Of a DNA stretch of 64,000 nucleotides, positions 55,903 to 64,000 are shown piece by piece; position 1 is the first letter of the stretch; the number at the start of each line of letters is the position of its first letter. The position numbers and the translations under genes were made by a program. Origin of the DNA: the human T2T-CHM13v2.0 reference genome, Homo sapiens; the NCBI RefSeq assembly GCF_009914755.1, contig NC_060934.1; one strand, given 5' to 3'. The notes beneath the pieces were generated by a model, which saw only the letters and a program-made list of their open reading frames with translations, was not told where the DNA came from and did not search any database.

Positions 55903-57111
55903 TCAATCCTAATGTTACATTGTTTGGGGAGGATTTAAATTTACCATCACATTCACTTTAGTAAAATAAAATTTTCAAATTCTAAGGAAAGACTTCTAAA
56001 ATAGGTAACAATGAAATACCTACATAGGTTTCCAGAATATTGTGTCTTTGCCATAGCTATAACAGGTTTGTCTAGCTTTAAGGTAATGTTGTAAATTAGG
56101 ACCCAAATAAATAAAACAAATATATAATAGCTATTTATTTCATATATCAATAAAAATATTAATCACAGGTTTCCTTTAAAGACAGTTCTTATTATATATC
56201 TAAATTCACACACAGCTCTCCAGGAAAAACTCTTGTTTGTAAAACAAGGTTGTTATTTTTTTAAGTTGGCAATTTTATGTTTAAAAATATCAGTCCTAAA
56301 TTTACAAGGGAATATATCATGTTAATCAGTCAGAGTTTCATGGGATATCTCAAAAGTGACCTTTTCATCACTGTTCTGAAAAAGGAAACCTGATCTCCAA
56401 TAAGTTAAAATACGTAGTTCTTTGCATTAAAGTAATTTTTAACAACTCATTGGATAGCTTGAAACACATTCATATGCATTTGTGGAGATGACATAATTGA
56501 CAGGAAATTAATACCAAATACTCATGTATTAAAAATTATAACATACACTAGAAGTAAACATTCATATGTTTGTGACTTTGTCTCACTTTAACAAGACAGT
56601 AATTGCCAAAGATTGCTTAGAAAAAGTCAGTAGGACTAGATAGCAAAATTTAGTCTATCGGTAGTCACCAAGTAGTAACACTAAATTGATAGAGAAAAAC
56701 AATTTATTGGTTACCAAGGATTAATCAAAAGGTTGTTTCAATTAATCCAACATGCAAATTCTGTTGGTAAGCATAAAAATTTGAAAGAAGTTCAGTGTTC
56801 AAAGAAGTAACAAAGCAATTATGTGCATTAATATTCATTGTATAGCTAAAGATAACATTCAATTCACTATGAAAGCAATCCTATTTCATTCTAATACTCT
56901 ATAGAAGGCTCCTAAATAAAAGGTTAGAGGTTTTGACTTAAAAAACAAAAAACTCTCACAAACCTAAAAAAGTGTTTAGAAACAACTCTTAGTAACTAGC
57001 CATGCTGGTTAGTATGTAATGAAAAAGAAAAGCTATGCTGTGAAGATACTAATCATTACTACATTTAGACAGAAGGGAAAATGTGCACATCAAAACACTA
57101 AAAACATTCAC

Positions 57112-57133
57112 GTACTACTACTACTACTACTAC
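57112..57133. repeat. (TAC)n microsatellite
   Basis: About 7 units. Confidence 0.85.
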
Positions 57134-57704
57134 AACACCAACAGTAACTCAGATTGAAGGATAATTAATTTGACAAAACATAATAATTTATTTAAAATCT
57201 GAGGCCAAATTTGCTTTCCAATATTCAAAAGAATGTGGTCATTAATTAAAGTATACGGTTTGAAAATAATCCACACAAGCATTGCTAAAATAAAACTATA
57301 AAACTATGTATTATATAAAAAAGTCACAAAAATCCTATTTGCAGAGTAAATTAAATGTCTAAGTGGGGAAAAGAAAAATAATACACAAAAAGATGGGATC
57401 TAAAAATTCAGAATATGAAAAAAATAAAGTTGATGAAACAAGTGAAGTGAATTATTAGATAATCTGGAATATTTAGACAGACACTGGCTACCTTTTGATA
57501 CCAAATGTTAGGTAAAATCCTATTTAGTGAAGTTTAACACTTCTCAGTAGCTTTAATATTTTAGTCTGGAAAAAAAGCTATATAAATTTTGGGATTATTT
57601 GTGAATTTTGATATTTCTGATAAAGTGGTTTTCAATTCTTAGGAATTTTTGCTATAACATAATTTATGTTTAAAATTTAAACAAAAAACTAATGAGAACT
57701 TTCA

Positions 57705-57830
<126 letters not shown>

Positions 57831-57869
57831 CTAGGTGTAGTGGCAGGCGCCTGTAATCCCAGCTACTCA

Positions 57870-57974
<105 letters not shown>

Positions 57975-58910
57975 TCAAAAAAAAAAAAAAAAAAAAAAAA
58001 AACTTTCCCCTAGCTCTGCTTTAAAATACATATACAGGTCATTCATTATAAATAAAAAGAACTTAAAGCAACCTCCTATGTAAATATGGAGAATTCACTG
58101 AGTATTAAGTGTTTTTATATAAACAAAAATAACATGTGGCTCTAGAAAGAGCCACAAAAGCCATGTAGGAAAGCTTGTCTCATTCTATGCCCAGTGGGCA
58201 CAACTTTTTAAGCTAAAAGCAAACAGTGGACAACAGGTTCATTTCTAATTTTGTTTTTTTTCCTTTTTGCATTGAACATCTTAATATGGAAAGTGATATT
58301 AATGACTACCCTACACTATTCTAACTTCCTAACATTATATGCTAAAACTATTTTCTTTTCTTACCAGCTTTTAAACACTGACTGCAATTAGTGTTGAGAT
58401 GTGCAATTTGAGGTAAACAGAAAGAAATCAAAAGAAATTCCCACCATTAGAATTATTCAAAGACAGAGTAATTAAGCAGGCATCACAAACAGTTTTAATC
58501 GGTTTTGAACTCATTTCTGAACACGTTAATGACCTTAAAAGTGATAGCCAGCAATTTCATTATATTAATTTGAAGGAAAACTTTGACAATGTTTGTGTCT
58601 TTAATTTTACCATTACTACGCTGTCTCAAACATGCCAATAAATTCAGTTTATTTCTGCAATGTTTTTGTTCTCTAGTTCTACTTATGTAATAAAATCGCA
58701 TATTAAAGTTAAATTTTGGTATACTCAATATAGACACGTCTCGATAAATTTAGTTAAGTATACTTGGTAAGTCTAAATTTTGGAAGAGAAAGTGGTAAAC
58801 AATTACTCTTAAAATGGTATGATTCAAGGACTAATATCCTAAAACAAAAATAAACATGAAACATCATGGTTTTCAATTGTTGTCTATCACTGGCAAGAAT
58901 AACAGTTTCA

Positions 58911-59156
<246 letters not shown>

Positions 59157-60442
59157 TTAGTCAAAGGCAACCAACAAAGAGACTTGAGCATTGTAATCAC
59201 CTTAGATGGCAGAACAAAGCAGGAGGGGGCCTCAGTAAGAAATATTTATTACTTTTTCAAGACCAAGGCACAAAATAAAGAGAAAAGTAAAGATAAAAAT
59301 CAGTAACTTTATCTCCAAAGTCAAAAACAGAGAGAAAAAAAAACAGCTGCATGGAAAGCTGCAAAAGTAAATAAGTAATATTCTCAAGCTTTTAAAAACC
59401 ATAATCCCAAATGGTACTTTGCTAATATGATATATAAATTTTTTGTGCATTTTCAAATACATAGCTTTTATATGTAAATTGTCTTTCCAATAAAATAAGT
59501 ACCAAAAGATGGTGTGAGGTAGGAAGCATCAGTCTTTAGATATAAGTAGATTCATGTCTGAGTTACAAATTTCTTCCTTTCCACTGACAAAACTTTCAGA
59601 ATTTTGATTTGGCTAGATAGAGTCTTATAATGATAAGTCTCTATCTAGCCAAATCCAAGTTAAACAATAAATTTTTATTTACTAATATTTTTGAGTTTTT
59701 ATTGAATTAGCAGTTATTAGTATCAATACATATTAAGTAAAATCATTTTTAAGAAATGTGCCATTTCTCGTTTCAAAGCACTTTCATGTAATGTCAGATT
59801 TGTTGTAGATCTCCAAAGTTTTAAGATTAACATACATTTTCCCTATTAAATTTTTATAACTGACAGAAGCAGAAAATTTTTTGACTCTATAAAATATGGC
59901 ATTTTAAGGTAGTTTTGTTTAGCAAATCTATTCTCTTTCTCCATGCCTGGAGGGCTTCTTTTTCATAGTACATCCAAAGAATCTGCTTTTAAAAAAAAAA
60001 AAAAAATTAGCATGCTCATATATTTTCATCAGTTAATATCGAAACTGATGAAAATATTAATACTTAACATTGTATTAAGTGTCATCTTTCCCAACATTTC
60101 AAAAGTTTCATATTTAAAATGTTAATAGAGTTCAAAGCCTCTAAAGTTAACTATACTTTCCAAAGTTAACTTTGGGATTATTATTATTTTCCTTGCCCCA
60201 TCTAAACAACAAACAATGACAGAGTAAGTAAAAAGCCAGCGTCCTAGTTTATCTTCATTCAGTTGTCTAATCCTTCTTAGAGGTCACACAAGGTATCAGA
60301 TAAAACCATACAGCAGAGGTTGTTCATTAAGAGAAGTGCTGATCTAACATTTTGGAACTCCCAAGTCATAGGCAGTCACCAATTATTTGAATCATCCACA
60401 TGCTCATTTTCTAAATAGAAACAGTTTAAAAATAATTGTCTA

Positions 60443-61126
<684 letters not shown>

Positions 61127-61523
61127 TGAGTCACCACTCCCAGCCAACCATTTTTAATAGAAATCTCTGTAAAAGGATTTTACATTTCTCCGGCTTGTAT
61201 AAAAAAGTGTACAGAAATCGAGTTATTTTTATTGGTGATTCAAGAACAAAAGCCAATCATTTAGCAATTCTGAGCCTATTTTAGAATTTAACATTTTATC
61301 ATAAAATAAATAATGCCAAAGAGTGTGTGACTTATATGCATAATTATATGTTATACATGTGAATTATACACATACATGTGTGTATAAAAAAATTTAAATA
61401 ATATACAGCTCAAGAAATCGAATATTAACAAGATCACTGAGGCTTCCTGTGTGCTCCTCTCCTGGATTCCAACCCCCACAAGGTGTATGTTAAACATTCT
61501 CTTTCTTCTGTAAATAGTTTTTG

Positions 61524-61525
<2 letters not shown>

Positions 61526-61588
<63 letters not shown>

Positions 61589-61598
61589 TACACATATA
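61526..61598. repeat. (TA)n(CA)n microsatellite
   Basis: About 26 TA units then CA. Confidence 0.95.
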
Positions 61599-61766
61599 TA
61601 ACCTTAAACAATACACACAGTTTTTACAAATTTATAAACTTTTGTAATGGAATCAATCTGTACATATTGTTGAATTGCTCTTTTTCCTTGATAATATTTT
61701 CAAAAATTCATCCATGTGGCTATGCATATCAATGTCATTCATTTTTGCTATTTTATTTGTATGTAA

Positions 61767-62204
<438 letters not shown>

Positions 62205-63795
62205 TGAGCCACTGTGCCCAGCCTTACAGCTTGTTATAATATAGACTGCTGTATTATAACAGCAGAAACTCCCATCCTCAAGAGTTTCCCGATTGAAGCA
62301 GGTCTAGAAGGGACCTGAGAATCTGTATTTCTAACTAATTCTCAGATACTGATTGTCTGGGGATGACACTCTGAAAACCACTGTTCTAGGACAGCAGTTT
62401 TCACACTTTTTGGTCTTAGGGTCCACTCTTAGACAACCCCAAAAGCCTTTTGTTGACATGGGTTATAGCTGTAGATAATTACCATATTAGATACTGAAAC
62501 TGATATATCTTTAAAACATATGAATACACAAGTACACATTTCATTAGGAGTCAAAGCAATGACTTTATCATACTTCATGCAGCTTCTAGAAAATTCTACC
62601 GTATAGTTATAACAGAATGAGAATGAAAAGGACAAATAATGAATAGAGCTCTGACCTCAAAAACTTCATGAAAGGATCTTGGTAATCCTCAGGGGTCCCT
62701 TAACCATATTTTGAGAACTAGTGCTCTAGGGTAAATATGTAGAAATGAAATTGATAAATCTAGGGTAGGTACATGTTCAACTTGACTAGGTATCAATAAA
62801 TTACTTTCTGAAGTGAGTGTATACATTAATAAACTCCCACCAGCAATTTGCTTTCCTCACCAACACACATCCTCACCAACACTGGTACTAGCTAACTTCT
62901 ACCTTTTTACCTGTCTGCTGGATATAAAATAGTATCTCACTGTGGTTTTAATTTTAATTCTTCTGGTTATTAATTGGGTTGAGGCTATTTTTTTCTCACA
63001 GATTTTCTACCAACAATTTCTATTCTTAGGGTCTTCATTTTACTACCTCCTTTCTCCCTTTTCCTTGGTATGTGCAAATGTTTGGAAAAGATGTTGTTAG
63101 ACAGCTTTATTTCACTTAACCTGAAACTCAGCTCTCATTATTTGAAACACCTCATTATCCATTTCTACCCAGATTACTGTGATTGTGTATTTCTAGACTC
63201 AATGGTTTTTACATTGACATTTAAAATATATTTAAAATTCCTTATATGCTCAGTTCAGTCATCCCCAACTTGTGAACAATTTAAATGCATTTTATCGAGA
63301 AAACTATTTCATGGCATCCTGAGATGTCATAAAAACTGGGCCATATCAGAGTTTTTCAAACTATGATCCACAGGAAAGCCTCAGAGTACCCCATCCCACA
63401 CATATCGTTTGCCTTTCAATTTTTCTCCTCCTGTCCCCACCTTCACCCTGATCCTTTGACTGTTGTATATACCAGAGAGTTCCAAATTAAGTTTCACTTG
63501 TGCGGGGCAGGGGGGATTAGACTAGAAAAATCTAAACAAACAACAAATTAAAAACACATTAAGTTGGTTATAAACCAAGCATTTCATATTATAGAAAAAG
63601 TTGTTTTATATTTGTTTACTGTATAAGTGCAGAAGCCTTTCACCAGAAGTTAGTGATATTAGATTTAATACTTTAAACTTTGTATTATCACCTGCAACCT
63701 AATAACTATAAAAGCCAGCACTCTACTAGCACAGAGGAGTTTATTATGAATTATGTAAAGTGAGTTCAATGGCTCCAATGGCTATGCAATCTCAC

Positions 63796-63876
63796 CTATC
63801 ACAGTGCTCACTGGGAGAAGTGGTGCCAGAGGTGGTGCTGGTGGAGCTCCAGAAGGAGGAGGGACAGAAATGTTTT
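63796..63876 (-). CDS. ABI1: ABI1 alternative exon (NISVPPPSGAPPAPPLAPLLPVSTVI)
   Basis: 81 nt symmetric exon, ttattag acceptor, TAG|GTGAGA donor; upstream ABI1 exons lie beyond the window. Confidence 0.9.
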
Positions 63877-64000
63877 CTAATAAAATAGTTTATAATTCAG
63901 GTCAGAGTACAAGAAAAGAAAACTCAACATTTTGAAACAGCAAGAAAGTACAATGTATCGGGAAGAAAAAGAAAAAAGATACCCCCATGTAAAGCATGCT

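Overview
Primate (very probably human, chr10p12) genomic DNA. The + strand carries the complete 12-exon PDSS1 gene (decaprenyl-diphosphate synthase subunit 1, CoQ10 side-chain synthesis). It has a CpG-island promoter, ATG at 743 and TGA at 46379-46381; the spliced CDS is 1248 nt (415 aa) with both DDxxD motifs intact. The - strand carries the last five coding exons and 3'UTR of ABI1 (proline-rich region and SH3 domain), convergent with PDSS1 and probably overlapping it at the 3' end. Introns are dense in Alus, with LTR, L1/L2/MIR and DNA-transposon remnants. Most notable: PDSS1 coding exon 2 is carved out of a full-length sense-oriented THE1 (MaLR) retroelement nested in an Alu. It uses the element's own acceptor and a newly created GT donor. 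The element's 3' LTR has lost its poly(A) hexamer but keeps TATA, ATG and a donor in frame with exon 3. Other finds are a highly decayed HSP70 (HSPA8-like) processed pseudogene in intron 5, an intact MER85 piggyBac MITE, a cluster of RBFOX motifs at an ABI1 cassette exon, a near-perfect 23-bp hairpin, a ~78-bp x3 tandem repeat and a TSD-less Alu suggesting an intronic deletion. Repeat subfamily names are by eye from remembered consensus sequences, and repeat boundaries are approximate.
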